Positions 36,352-49,841 of a stretch of DNA of 64,000 nucleotides are shown here, one piece after another. The DNA is from Camelus dromedarius. Lineage: Eukaryota. Under the pieces are notes generated by a model, which did not search any database, was not told the DNA's origin, and saw only the letters and a list, made by a program, of their open reading frames with translations. Made by a program: the position numbers and the translations under genes. The stretch lies in NCBI RefSeq assembly GCF_036321535.1, contig NC_087437.1, positions 18,230,001 to 18,294,000 of the forward strand, in the 5' to 3' direction. Within the stretch, counting starts at the first letter, position 1. Every line of letters begins with the position of its first letter.

Positions 36352-39300
36352 GGGTGGAGGAATCTCCAGGCTCACCACCTGGGGAGGGTGTCACCAAGGC
36401 CACAGCAGCAGGCACAGGAGCTGAGGGAGGACCTGGAAAAGGAGAACAGAGCCCAAGTTAGGCCTGGGGCACGTGGCTGTGTGCTGTCCACTGGCCAGCA
36501 AGAGCCTGCAGTGTGCGTGGTGTGCGCTGACATGGCCAGAGCTTGGAAAGCAAAGGTGTGGGCTTTACAACCACACAGATGTGGATTCATATCCTCAGCC
36601 TTGGGCGAGTTCCTTCACATCTTTAAGCCTCCATGTGTACTGGGGATCACAGGGCCTCCTCTGCAGGCCTGTGGTTAGGAATGAGGCAGGTGAAAAACCC
36701 AGCCTAGTGCCTGGCACCTAGTAGGTCCTCAGTGAACCCCCAGCCATACCCAAGTCCACTGCAAGAGTGCTGCCAGAGGTCTTGGTCAGGAGGGAGCTGT
36801 CAGATGTATAAGCAGGTCCTTCTGCAACCCCAACTTGATCTCAAGATAAAGCCCAATAACTCGCCATGGGAGGCAGAGCCACCTAATGTCCACCACACCC
36901 CACCCTCTCCTTCTGTAAATGCAAGATTTAGTGGAACAGGGGCGGGCTGCTGTCCGGCTTCCCCAGCTGTACAGTGTGATCCATGTGAGGACATTCTTTC
37001 CAATGGGATGTGAGTGAGTGATGTCCGCCCCTGCCAGGAGGTGGCGCTCAAGGGAGCAGCTGTGTCTCTGCAAACAGACGGTGCTCAGTGCGCGATGGTC
37101 TTTTTTTTGCCAGACCTCGTGGTTTAGAAAACAGCTCCGGTTTGCTGTCAAAAGACTCAGATTCTACTTGCCGCTCTCTTGGTAGACAATGAAATTGTTC
37201 TCTTTGGAGAGTAGCCTGACAATAGCAATCAGAATTTAAAATGAATATTTCACTACTAAGAATTCTCATTTATTCTACAGAGAAACTCATACAAGTGTGC
37301 AAAGGTGCTTGTGAAAAAATTGTCATTGTAGTAGTATCTGTAATAGCAAAGTACAAGGAAAGTATAAGAAAGCAAAGTACAATAAGGGGTAAAAATGGTA
37401 TCTTTACACAATGAAATTCTATGCAGCTCTTGATAAGAATAAGGCAGTTTTTTATGTACTGATATGGAATAATGACTATACATACACATATATATCCATT
37501 TCTGTTTAAATGATATATTTACATAATCACATTTAATAATAGTTTGCAAAAACAAGGCATATATCTCTCACATATATGTGTGTGTAGATATATACATATA
37601 TAAAATATATATATTTCTCACATTAGAATAGTTGCCTATGAGGTAGAAGGGAAATGGGAATGTGAAATGGGGATAAATAAACGAATAAAATAAATAAATA
37701 AAATAGATAGATGGCGCAAGGGTAGGTGATGGATGACTAGATAGACAGACAGGCTTACACAGACCAATGATAATACATATAAAATATATACACATATATA
37801 CACATCTATAAATGATTAATATTTGTTATTCATAAATAACATAATTAAATTAAATATGCTAATTTAGTATTCCTATATATGATTCATTTTCTATATTATT
37901 TCATAAGCATAGACTATTTCTAGAAAAATAAACAAGCTATTAGCAATGGTTACATCTAGGAAGTTATTACCCACTCACCACCTCTCTATACTATTCAAAA
38001 TTTCTTTGCATCATCATCTATTACTTTCATAATTTTTTAAAGAAAAAAATATAATTTCTACCTTTAAGGAACTTAGAATCTGACAAACCAGAATTATATG
38101 GAACCCTATTTAGCCAAGTTCTTTCTAGATCATGTGACTCACACTTTTAAGGTACAGTAGAAAGTCAGAGAAGAGAAAGGTCATTGACCTCAAGGAGAAA
38201 GGCCTTGAAGAAACGGTGGGGGTGGGTTTGCAAAGAGGGGAAGAGCCTCCGGGAAAGGCCCCAGACCTCCCTGAGCCTGTCAGCATCTGGGAAAGGCAGC
38301 ACTAGAAGGTACAGGGTTAGCGCCTCCCCTCAGGGCGCTGTGAGAACTAGGGGGGCGCACGGTACCGGTACTCTGTAGGAACACTGGCCATAGGGCAGGG
38401 AGCGCCAGCCTCAGTGCCAGATACACACTCTAAAGGCAAATCTGCAAACAAGCATCATTATTCCCACTTTACCAACAAGGAAACTGATGTCTGGAAAGGT
38501 AAAGCGTCCTCCCGGGTAGGGAGGCCAGAGCTGACGTACAATGGGAGGTGCCCCTGACTCCAAAGCTGATGGTCTCTGAACCACCCAACATTGGTTCTTG
38601 AGACTATTTGTCCCAAAACTTTGCTTTGATCAGATCATCACCCCTTATCCATCAGACTCATTCATTCACTCATCCAGCCCCCTCCTTTATGGCATGTCTA
38701 CCTTGGCCAGGCCCGGTGCCAGGCACTGGGGCTCCCAATATGTATTAACCACACACCTGCCCCACCCCTGCCTTGCCGGAGCTTAGCATAGCTCCTTGTT
38801 GCCACAGTACCGATTCCAAACCCCTTAGCCTGGTCTTGAAGCTGTCGCAGAATGTTGCCGACCCACCTTTTCCATTTTAGCTCCCACGCTTCCCTTTCTC
38901 AGATACTCCTCCCCAACACACACCCCAAAAACAAAACCAGCCAGCCCCCAGCAGCCCCAGCACGGCCATGAGAAGGCCAGCACATTTCAAGTAACATATC
39001 ACGTTATTTTAAAAAAGAAAGAAGGCAAGTGACATGACACTCACCTTGCTCAGCTACAAGCTGCCACCACGTCACCAGAGCCTCAGAGACAATTGCCACT
39101 ACGAGCCTTGCCTCGGAGCAACAGCAGGTCACCAGGCACGCTGTGGGCAAGGGTAACAGGACACCTGCCTCCTTTCCTTCCACAGACCTGGAGCTCACCT
39201 GGGAACTCTCTGTTTAACTATTTAGGCTTTGGCCTCAGATGTTTGCCTGCAGTCCTCTCTCTAGTAACAAGGCCAAGTGTTCCATCAGCCACTCCCTCCT

Positions 39301-40744
39301 CCCACCTCTCTTAATGCCCCTTCCAGCCTCTTCCTTGAATACTTACTATCCTTTCTCCTTCCTTGAAGGCAAGGTATGCCGGTGCCCCTGACAGTCTGCT
39401 GTTCACCCGCCACCCATCGCCCCTGCACACTCTCCCTGGGGGTGAGCTCACACACAGCCACAGCTTCAGCTGCCATAGGCTGAGCCTCCGCCAGTCCCAG
39501 TCTCTTTCTCACAGGCCCATCTGTCTCTTGGGACTTTTAGACCCAGCTTTCCACTACTGGTTATACCGGAAATTGTAAATCTAAATTCCACCAGGGCCAG
39601 GAAGGTAGCATTCGGTGTTGGAAACATGCCAGGTAAAAGAGAACCCACAGTACAAGCCTGTCAACAAATGGCAGCTGATTCCCCCTCAGTGTCCCAGATA
39701 CAACTAGCCAGTGGTGCTCGAAGTGTGGTCGCTGAAAACTGGAAACTTATTAGAGATGCAGACTAATTGATTCAGCATCACTGCAGGGGGTAGTGTGGGG
39801 ATGGGGGAGTGTTAAGAAGTATGGCAAAACGGGGGTCCATGCCTGTTTACAGCAGGCAGCCACCTCTGAGTTGCCTTGGATGCTTGGCTCCTCCGAGTGC
39901 CTATCTTGGCTTGGCTGCAGTCTTGAGGAAGCAGAAGAGACAGTAAAGTGGCAGTGGTGTAGTCTAGCTGTCAATTTGTGTTAAAGAAATTAGTCCGAAT
40001 TTTGTTTTAAAAAAGTTAGCTGTTTGGTTGTCTTTGAGGAATTCTCTTTGACAGATTATAGGTGGACAGGTTTCAGAAGAAACTTAAAGTCTCCAGGAGT
40101 TGTTTCACTGTGGGGTGACTGCCTTGTGAGATAGTGAACACCCCATTAACTGGAAGTGTGCATAACTAGGTGGTGAATGGGCTTGCTTTCTTGGCTGTGG
40201 GATTGCTCCAGGTGGAAACCATCCCTCCCACAACAGGTGAGTTTGGAATGCTAGTACAGATATCAATCTTCGTGGGTCCCACTAATTCATGACAGTGGTC
40301 TAGGATTGGGAAGTTTCCTGGGGCCCTATCAAAACATTTAGACATGGTTAATGGTTTCAGATTTCCTAATGATGACGAGTCATTTTTACCTTGTGTTTGT
40401 ATTCCCAGGTGTGAGAAAAGCAGTCTGCTGATAATTCAGTCTGGAGAAAGCATAATGTTCCTGTTCTCTGGGGTGTGTGGTTTCCAGGTAACCAGCAATG
40501 CTCTCATTTGGCTTTGTCTTCCACCCATCGCAACCAGGATTCAGGCTGTGGAGCTGAGTCGTGTTTGGCTAAGCTCTGCTGAGATGCAGGGAGAATTTAG
40601 GGTCTGTAGCACTGACCCTGTTGTGATTTGCTGTGAGCTCTTTCAGTCTTCACAGTTCGGTGAAGAAATCTCAGGTACTGTAATTTACATGAGGGGAAAT
40701 GATTTGTGTACCATCACTGCGAGGCAGTTTGGAATAATTCAAAA

Positions 40745-40965
40745 GCTTTGGAGTCAGAACTTGATTTGGATCCTTGGCTTCATTACTTAGTAGCTGAGAG
40801 ACTTGGGGCCAGTCCCTTAGCTTCTCTGAGCCTCAGTTTCTACATCTATCAGATGAGGCAAATCATGACTACATACGAGGCTGTATGATGGCTAGAAGTA
40901 GTGCTATTAAATGCGGCACAGTGCCCAGCACATAGGTTCTTAATGAATGTCTGCTGTCATTATCA
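40745..40965 (+). mobile_element. MIR SINE
   Basis: gctttggagtcagaac...ctctgagcctcagtttctacatct...gcacagtgcccagcacatagg. Confidence 0.75.
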
Positions 40966-42719
40966 TCATCTTCAGATTCCCGCAGTTCTGTTCACCCTTT
41001 GATACCAGAGCCCTAGGTCTTCTGAGAACTGGGGTTCTACTGGCAGACAGGGGTGATCACTTTACGTCTCTTCCACTTCCTCAAGAATGCAGCCAAGCCA
41101 AGAAAGGCACTTGGAGGAGCCAAGCATCCAAGGCAACTGCTGGGCAATTATTTACCAGCCTGCCCTGCCTCCAAGCTGATTCCAAGGGTGTTGCCCAGGA
41201 GATCAGGCGTGTCATTAGTGCTAATTGCTACAGTTGCCAAGGAAACCCTCACAACGTTTCCTTAAGACTATGCACACACTGTACACAAGGGAGCACCACA
41301 GACCTCAAGGAGCGTGACCCAGGAGCAGTCCTGGAGCACCACCATTATAAACCTGATCCTGCCTTGTTCTCTGACTCTGCTGTTTCCTAAAGAAAGGAGT
41401 CCCCCTTTCCACTCTAGCGGGGGGTGGATGGAGGTCTACTCCATCAGGCACACAGCTCTCCCTTCCAGCAGGTCTCCCGTTCACCAGAATTTTTAAGGTG
41501 ATATTTTTAAAAGACAGTGTCCTTGGTTTGGCCGAAAGCCAATTTTAACTTTTTGTCACAAAAGAATGTTCTTTAAAATAAAAATCAGAGGTAGGGATTT
41601 GACTGGCATCTCTTACAAGTATTTTAGAGAAGACTACATACTGCTAAGAGCTATCTTCCCAGGTGCAGAATTGTCCAAAACCAACACTACCTTTCACATC
41701 TAAAAGAGCAGCTTAGAACATACTGGTGTTTTTGTTCCCATGGAGAAGTCACTGCTTCTTGGTAGAGTTTCTCCATCCTCAGTGCCTGGGCTATAAGACC
41801 TCACAAATACTTCCTAGAGGTACAAGCCTAGTGATAGGAGGCGTTGTAAGTGATCAACCCTTCTGATCAGGAAGGACCAGCCCTTCCTGCAAGGGGCCCA
41901 CAAGGAGGTTCAGAGCAGCCCACCAAGTTGTCCCCGTCTCCACTCCTGTTGGTTTCAGCTGAGCAACAAGCCTTTTCACCTGATTTCAGCTGCCTGGCAG
42001 AATCCAGTTAGGCTGCACAAATGAATTCTGGTTTCTGTTCCCGACGTGAAGCATAGAACTTCATGCAACCATTTCATCAAGCTGGATGGTATCCAAAAAG
42101 ATTTCCATGTGAGAGAGAGGTCTCCAGAGCTTTAGCGCTGACAGAGACAGACGGACACCACTTATCAGCCACATGACTGGAGAACCAGCCTTCTCCAGGT
42201 AAGGTTGTTCTCACTGGCCAGTCCTCAGCCCCAGGTGGAGGTGACTGTGACAAAAGAGAGAGACCACCCACTCTATCTGCCTGCAGATGGGAGCGTGGGA
42301 GGCCGCAGTGGAGCACCTCACACTCACCAGGCCTCTCTTTAAAGCCCTGTTAGAAACCACATTGCAAGAGACTGCTGCAGGGGGCAGGTGGGCTCTGGGC
42401 CCTAGGGAGTGCTGGGTGAACGGCAGCCCCCACCACGGCCCCACAGACCCCTCTTCTGACCCGCCTTCTGGACCCTTGTCCTGTACTAAGCAAGTCTTGT
42501 CTGGACTTTTATCTGCAGCCACCTCAAAACAAAAATATAGTTGCTAACTCCTGCTAAATTCCAGCCTAGAAATGCAAGGCGGTGGAATGAGAGATGCTAA
42601 TATTTGTTTTGAAATCATCTCATAACTTAAAGATCCCCTTTACCTACAGAACGCAAAGCGGCAAGCCCCCCCACCCCACCCCGAAATCTTTTTTTTTTTC
42701 CAAACAGTAAAAATCCAAG

Positions 42720-43330
42720 GCCATCCTTCCGGCGAAGACCAGCCCTGCGGGTTCAGTCATTCCAGCTCCCCTCCGCGTACCTCGGTCCCGAGCAGGCCGA
42801 AGGGGCCGGGGCGGGGGGCCGCCGGCCGCCGTCGGAGGCGAGTCCCGAGGCCGAGCGGAGGCGCAGCTCCCGCGCTGGACCCCGCAGGGCGTCCGAGCCG
42901 AGACAGTTTAACTTCCCGCAGCCCCTGGCTCCGGTAGCTCGGACTGCACGCCGCTCGCCACCCTCGCCCCTCCCGGGCCGAATTCCTGGCATAGTTTTTC
43001 CGCGCGGCCCGGCTCACCTGGGGGTCCCCGGAGCCGGGAGGGCGAGCAGAGGTCCCGCGCTGGCGGCTCCGCTCCTCCGCCCCGGCCCCGCCTCCCGGCT
43101 CGCTCCCCCGCCGCGGTGCCAAGCGGTTCCCGGAATCGTCGCCGCCGCGCCGGAGATGCTTCCCCAGCCCCGGGCAGCCCGGGCGCTCGGGGGGCCGAGG
43201 GCACAGCAGGCAGAAGCCTCAGGCCTCGAATGCCTCCCGCTCTCGAGACAGCCGCTCTGCCGCAGCCCAGGAGGGGCGGGGCCTCTCTCCAGCCCCCTGG
43301 GACGAGCTATTTTTAGGTCTGTTACCGAAG
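42720..43330 (-). promoter_or_regulatory. DZIP1L: CpG island: DZIP1L promoter and non-coding exon 1
   Basis: Only dense CpG island in the window, about 6.5 kb upstream of exon 2; several GC boxes; candidate minus-strand donors CAG|GTGAGC (exon end 43018) and GAG|GTACGC (exon end 42781). Confidence 0.88.
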
Positions 43331-43428
43331 GGGGAAGGAGGGAATGCCACGTTTAATCCTTCAGGAAAATCCAGGATCCTGTGAGTGGCTCCCAGGCCTT
43401 GCTGAGAGGCGGGGACGTCCTCACGTCT

Positions 43429-43495
43429 ACACACACACACACACACACACACCCCACACACACACACACAACCCCCCCCCTACACACACACACAC
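43429..43495. repeat. Interrupted (CA)n microsatellite
   Basis: Directly visible, upstream of the CpG island. Confidence 0.95.
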
Positions 43496-43804
43496 CGGGC
43501 AGATAGCCCTGACCACCCTTTCTAAATTCAGGAGGCTTTCTTGGTTTCTTATCCGGACCCAAGCTAGTCCTATGAATGAGTCCCAGGTCTGGTCAGATGG
43601 CAACTGCCTTCCCCCGAACCCCTAAGCTTCTGGCTAGCCCTGCGGATCCAGCTGGGGAACCCAGGACCAAATAAGTCTCTCAAAAACAGTCTCTCACCCC
43701 TTCCTATAGCCATTTATTGCTTTACTGAGAATCAGATTTCTGGGAATTCTTTTTTTTTTTTTTAAGCCTTCCTGTCATGGGGCAGCCAAAGCAAAATTGC
43801 CCCA

Positions 43805-44494
43805 GTAAAGTGCTGGCAAGGATATGGAGAAATTGGTACTCCTATGCACTGCTGTGAAAATGTAAATGGTACAGTCACTGTGGGAAAGAGAATGGTGGTT
43901 CCTCAAAAAAATTAAACATAGAATTACCTTATGACCCAACAATCCCACTTCTGGGTATATACACAAAAGAATTGAAAGCAGAGACTCACACAGATATTTG
44001 CACACCCATGTTCATGACAATATTATTCACAATAGCTAAAAGGTAAAAGCAACCTAAAAGTCCAGAGATGGATGGATAAACAAAATGTTTTATGTTTTAT
44101 ATATACGTATATTTTTGCCCTTAAAAAGGAATTCTGGTACATGCTACAACAGGAGTGAACCTTGAAAACATTATGCTAAGTGAAATAAGCCAGACACAAG
44201 AAAACATATATTATGTGATTCAACGTATACAAGGTACCTAGAACAGTCAAGTTCATAGAGACAGAAAATAGAATGGTGGGTGCCCGGGTTGGGGAGAGGT
44301 GAAAATTTATTGTCTAATGGGTACCAAGTTTCAGTATGGGATGATGAAAAAGTTCTAGATCTGGATAGTAGTGCTGGTTGAATAATAACGTGAATGTACT
44401 TAATGTCACTGAATTGTACATTTGAAAATGGTTAAAACTGTAAATTATATGGTATATATTTTACCACAATTTTTTAAATGTAAAAAAAAAAAAA
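43805..44494 (+). mobile_element. L1MB-like 3' end
   Basis: agtgctggcaaggatatggagaaattgg...attttaccacaatttttt plus poly-A. Confidence 0.88.
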
Positions 44495-44899
44495 GTGGAT
44501 GAGCAAGGGCCAGGCTTAAGGAGGGTTGTCTGTGAGCCACTAGCTCGGATAGGGGTGTCTTGTGCCTCCTCTGCTCTCCTGGGCAGGCTCCCTTTTTCCC
44601 TCCAGGACTTCCTACAGGAGGAGAGGGAAGAGGCAAAGATGTGGAGTCAAAGATGTATTTACATTCCACATTCGCAGGCTGTGTGACCCTGGGAAGTCTC
44701 TTATCCTCTCTGCAATGTGGGGAAAATTAACTCTGCCTAGAGGGTCATCATGAGAACCAACTTAGTTAAAATATCTCTAGGCTCAGCCTGGGGCCTGGCA
44801 GTCACTGGTGCATCCTCCCAAGTTCAGTCAAGTGTGAAATCTGTGGGGGCTGGGGGCATTTGTTTCTCAACTAGCTTCCCTAAAGTGTGCAAAAAGTAG

Positions 44900-44900
<1 letters not shown>

Positions 44901-44932
<32 letters not shown>
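44901..44932. repeat. (TG)16 microsatellite
   Basis: Directly visible. Confidence 0.95.
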
Positions 44933-44935
<3 letters not shown>

Positions 44936-46744
44936 CTACCAGCCTCAGTGTAAGTGAGGTGCTGTCTCTTGAGGGGCTGTGGTGAGAAAGTGGACTTGAC
45001 ATGCACCCAGATCCACCTTCTCGGTAACGCCCAAAACTAAAGGCTCCAGGAGCCCAAGGCCTCCCATGCGTGGAACCCGCACACCCTCCCTTTCCTGGGC
45101 CCCAGTTTGACATTCGATACTGCCAAGAGTTACTGGGTTCCTACTAAGTGCCAGGCTCTGTTCTAGGACCCAAGGGAACCAAAAGTTTATAGAGGGCTTG
45201 ATCACTCAGCATTAGAAAGCTGTCACCTTCTGCTGCACCACCTCTGCCACAACTCACACAAGATCTGACGGCACCAGTGGGCACAGGTGTATAGTCCATG
45301 ACACAGGTACAGGCCAAAGGAGACTGGCCCTAGATAGCTAGTGCAAGGGACATTCCTGTCACCCTGAGCAGCTGGACCATAACTGTTGGACAGCAGGACA
45401 GAGGCTGGCTTTTCAGTATCTGTGATTTCCATTTTGCCCTGTGGCCCATCACCCCTTTCTCGGGCCAGTGCTGGACACCCGCTCCCTTACCAACATAGAC
45501 AGTGTCACAGCTGGTCTCCTTCCTACAAAGGGGACACGACTGCTGATTGAAGGTATACTTTAGACTCTAGGCAGCCCACAGTATGAGTGCCCTCTGCTGT
45601 CAATTGCTGGCATCACACCTTGGAGTTCAACTCCAATTCCAGATCCCACTTTCCTGAAGGTCATCTGAGGTGTATGGATGGGATCAGGACTCCCAGTGCA
45701 CTAATGGTCCTCGAGGCGATTTTAGGCCAAAGGTGTATTGACAGGTTTTAACAGTACTGACGTACAGATAGGCAGGCATATAGAAGGGCATTTTACATAA
45801 AAATCTGGTTTGCTGGCTTCTTCTTGAAAAATCCGAGAATCTGGCAACAAAAAGTCTGCACTCTCGCATACCAAGAACTGACTGGAACTGAGGGGGGACC
45901 TCTTCCCTAGGCAGAGCCTACACTCTAACCCATTCCCTGAAGAAGATCCCTTTGAAGGAAATCTTTGCACTTATAAAAAACCTCTTTCCTCAGGAAAATG
46001 CTCTCCTCGTTTGAAAAAAATGAAAACACAGAGTCAGTCTAACCAGGACCTATTCTCTGAGTCTCGAAACAAATCTTAGGCCAGGTAGCCTGGGATAGAC
46101 TGAAAAAAATTGCAAAATAATAAAATGTTTATGTCCTTGATATACAAAAAGAGGTTACATATCAATAAGAAATAGAAAAACAAACAAATAGAAAAGTGGA
46201 CAAAAGATACTAAGCAAGTAACAGAATAAGAAAATATATATTGCCAATTAAACATGCGAAACACTCAACTTCACCATAAGTAATATACCAATTAGACACA
46301 TTTTTAAGCAATCATATTAGCTAAAATTAAATAGATATTTTTGGCACTGGTGAAAGATGGGAAAATGGGCAATTTCAAACAGCCTTTTTGAAAACAATCA
46401 GGCAGCACATATCAAAATTTAAAGTTGTCAAAATGTGGTAATCAGGACTTTCATTATAGGATTATGTGTACAATTAAAATTAGAATCAACTTAAATGTTC
46501 ACCAATTGGGTATTGATTACGTTGATTATGTTATCCTACAATGAAACACTCTGCAGCACTTATGAAGAATATATCTTGGTATGTTAATTTTAAAAAGGTG
46601 TCCAAGATATATATATTGTCTTTTTTTATTGAAATATAGTCAGTTTACAATGTTGTGTCAGTTTCTGGTGTACAGCACAATGCTTCAGCAAGACATGTAT
46701 ATTGTTAAATTGAAAAACAACTGACATAATAATATGTATTATGA

Positions 46745-46806
46745 CTCCAGGACCCAGGACCTCATGCATGCTAACACACTCTACTGCTGAGCTATGCCCT
46801 CCCCCC
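46745..46806 (-). mobile_element. Truncated tRNA-Ala-derived SINE
   Basis: cccaggacctcatgcatgctaac...ctgagctatgccctccccc. Confidence 0.7.
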
Positions 46807-48323
46807 TACTCTTACACCATTTTCAAAGCTTATTGTTTGAAATTCTAAGAATGAGTGTGGGGTTTGGGAAAAAAATTAACATGAGGGAAAACACCAGCAC
46901 GGCCTATTTTCAAAATGTATCATGACGTAAACAGGTGGCATAGACTCATCAAAGGCCAGAAGGAATCCAAGGTCATCTGGAAGCCCAGGAATCACACACT
47001 TCTTAACACTCACTACATTTTTTACTTTGCCTAATACGCCCCTCACCACCATGGTTTTTCCCCAGTTTCATTGAGAAATAATTGGCATACATCACTGTAT
47101 AAGTTTAAAGTATACTGCACAGTGACTTGATCTATATATTGTGACATTCTAAGCACAATAGGTTTGGCTAAGATCCATCTTCTCCAAAAGATACAGTAAA
47201 AAAAAAAGAAAAACAGAAAAAAGGGAAAAACTTCTTGTAATGAGAACTCATGGAATTTACTCTCTTAACAACTTCCCTGTATATCACACAGCAGTATTAG
47301 CTGAAGTCATCATGTTGTACATTACAGCCCTAGTACTTATTTTTTATCATATACATTTTAGTCTATGAATTTTTCCACCACCACCAAATTTTGAAATATT
47401 CTTTTCTACTAAACAAACTGTATTTATTACTAATACATTACTAATTTATTCCCCACATTTTATTAAACATTTTACTCGCTATAAACATCAAATGGTCAAT
47501 ATTGCCACAGTGAATTCATATAATCACAGCCCAGCATAAAGAAATGTGACATTCAGGTTGATCTATTTAGTCCCATTAACAAACAATTCATACATTTTTG
47601 AAACATTGAACATTTTCTAGTCAAACCCTTCAAACCCTAGTGATGGAGGTGGTTAGTTGGAGAACAATCTGTCATACATTCTCCAGATGAGGAAATGAGA
47701 TTCAATGTGTGTGACATGCTCCTCCCCGAGGGGGCTAGCCCTAGGAATCCTCACTTGTGGAGACACTCAGGAGGCTGAAAACCAGCAGGGGGTCTGAGGA
47801 CAGAAATCAGAAGGGAGCCATGGGGAGTAGCAGCAAGCCTCAAAGTCTGACTCTGGTGTCAGACTGGATCGAAGAATCCAGAGCAAGTAACTGGGAATAA
47901 ATAAAGCTGGGGCAGGAGACATGACTTGTGAGTATTTTTTAAAAAGATAGTCAAAGCAGTGATTCTCAAAGGAGTAAATATCAGAATAAAAGGGCATAGG
48001 TAGATGTAGTCTGAGAAAGCATTATAATATTATATTTCGAGAAAAATACAAACTATTTTTCCCAAAAGCAAACTACCAAAAGAAAGTTCTAGAAAATCTT
48101 GACTGATGGGCACTTGTAGAAGAAATATTAATTCTCATACCTCCTGGAAAAAGGAGGTAATTTTTATGTGACTGTAAAAGGGGCAGTAATTTTTTGGTTT
48201 GAATTTGTAATTTGCTTTTATAAGCCAACTGGGATAGAATAGAGAAAAGTAGACACCCTAGGGAGGAGAGGAGACTCTCCCAGGGGGATGTGGCAAGTCA
48301 TTAGGATGTAAGTACTAGGGATC

Positions 48324-48685
48324 TGCAGTGGGCTGAAAGTTTGTGTCCCCCTCAAATTCATATCTTGGAATCCTACTCTCCAGAAATGATATTAGGCAGT
48401 GGGGCCTTTGGGAGGTAATTAGGGCATGAGGGTAGAGCCCTCCTGTATGGAATTAGTTCCGCTATATGAAGGACCCCAGAGATCTCCCTCGCCCTGCTCC
48501 ACCATATGATGATACAAAAAGATGAGTATCACCTGCCACTGAAGAAGACCCTCACTAAAATCCAACCATGTTGTCACCTTGATCTTGGACTTCCAGCCTG
48601 CAGGATTGTAACCAGTAACTGTTTACTGTTTGTAAGCCACTCAGTCTGTAGTACTCTGCTTTTGCAGCCCAAACTGACTTAGACG
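48324..48685 (+). mobile_element. MLT1A-like MaLR LTR
   Basis: gggctgaaagtttgtgtccccctcaaattcat...ttggacttccagcct...gcagcccaaactgact. Confidence 0.8.
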
Positions 48686-49211
48686 GGACCTTGTCGGTTT
48701 GATCCTGCTATGTCTTCAGCATCTAAATCAGTGCTTGGCACCCAGAAGGGGCTCAATTAATATTGTTAACTGAATCTGTTAATGAATATCAAATTCAGGA
48801 CTAGACATTGAGTCTCTGTTTATCCTAGCCAATTCTCTAACAGAACCTGTAATTAATCTTACGAAAGTAAATTTAGTATCTAGCAAAACTGTTAGCTGCC
48901 TATCCTAACATCCATTTTCTCTTCCTCCTTAAATGTCCCAGCCTCTCTTGCAGCTACATTCTGACCAACAAGAAGACATAAGTGTTATATGGTACTTGCA
49001 TGAAGTCTTCATAAAATAAGGGAGGTGCACCTTTCTTCCTTCCTTTATCCTGCTGCCTGAATTGCAGAAATGGAGGGTGGGAGATCAAGCAGCCATATGG
49101 CCCATGGGCTGCGGACACTCAAGATGACAAGCAGAAAGACTCAAGAAGCCTAGGTCCCTGATAACTGCAGGGACTATACCCACCCTGGATTGTCTGCCCT
49201 CAAACTACTTT

Positions 49212-49841
49212 TGTTGAGGAAAAATGTGTTACAGCTCGGTGTTACAGTTCAGTTGTGACAGCAACCCGGAACCAGGCAAGAGACCAAGAAACCAAGAAGC
49301 ACTCGGAGAGTTGGAGAACTCAGGTTTATTACACCAGCAAGGCCAGAGGAGTTAACACTTCAAACTCTGGACTCTGTCTATAGCTTTACACAGACCTTTT
49401 ATAGGCTGCCAGTTTTACACTTTGCAACATCATATGCAAATAAAGTACACAGAAGTTGACCAACCATGAACAAGCTTTGTAGAAATAGACCAATCAGGAG
49501 TGAGCTCCATGCAAATGAAATACTACAAATAGACCAATCAGAAGTTAGGGGAGTGGACCAATCAGAAGTGAGAGTAATAACCAATCAGGAGTGAGAGTAA
49601 TAACCAATTAGAAGTGAGAGTAATAACCAATCAGGAGTGAGAGTAATACGAATCAGGAGTGAAGGAAATAACCAATCAGAAGTGACCTCAGGGAACCAAT
49701 AGAATTCTAGGTGTAAGTTAGCCACTTTAGAGGCAAAAAGTGAGATAAAGCTTCCCGGTCAGAGAACCGGACGCTAGTGGGAGGAGAGCAGCGGCCCTGC
49801 CTAGGGGTCCTGCCAGTCTTTTTATGGGGCTTCCCGCCTCA
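49212..49841 (-). mobile_element. Solo ERV LTR (ERV1-like), 630 bp
   Basis: TG...CA termini, 4-bp TSD cttt (49208-49211 / 49842-49845), minus-strand TATAAAA (49397-49403) and AATAAA (49325-49330), CCAAT array; interrupts an older MaLR. Confidence 0.85.
49553..49690. repeat. 23-bp tandem repeat (taaccaatcaggagtgagagtaa), about 5-6 copies, inside the LTR
   Basis: CCAAT cores at 49558, 49581, 49604, 49627, variant at 49650, and 49672. Confidence 0.92.

Noticed and set aside
35662..36378. 238-aa single-exon protein
   Set aside because: It is DZIP1L exon 2 extended by an upstream GTG start and by read-through into intron 2.
42753..43356. Several Gly/Arg/Pro-rich ORFs
   Set aside because: Expected from stop-codon scarcity in a CpG island; no recognisable domain.
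43591..43604. RFX X-box (ggtcagatggcaac)
   Set aside because: Only the GGCAAC half-site matches.
49553..49690. CRISPR-like array of 23-bp repeats
   Set aside because: Head-to-tail repeats with no unique spacers, no cas genes, located in an LTR in mammalian DNA.
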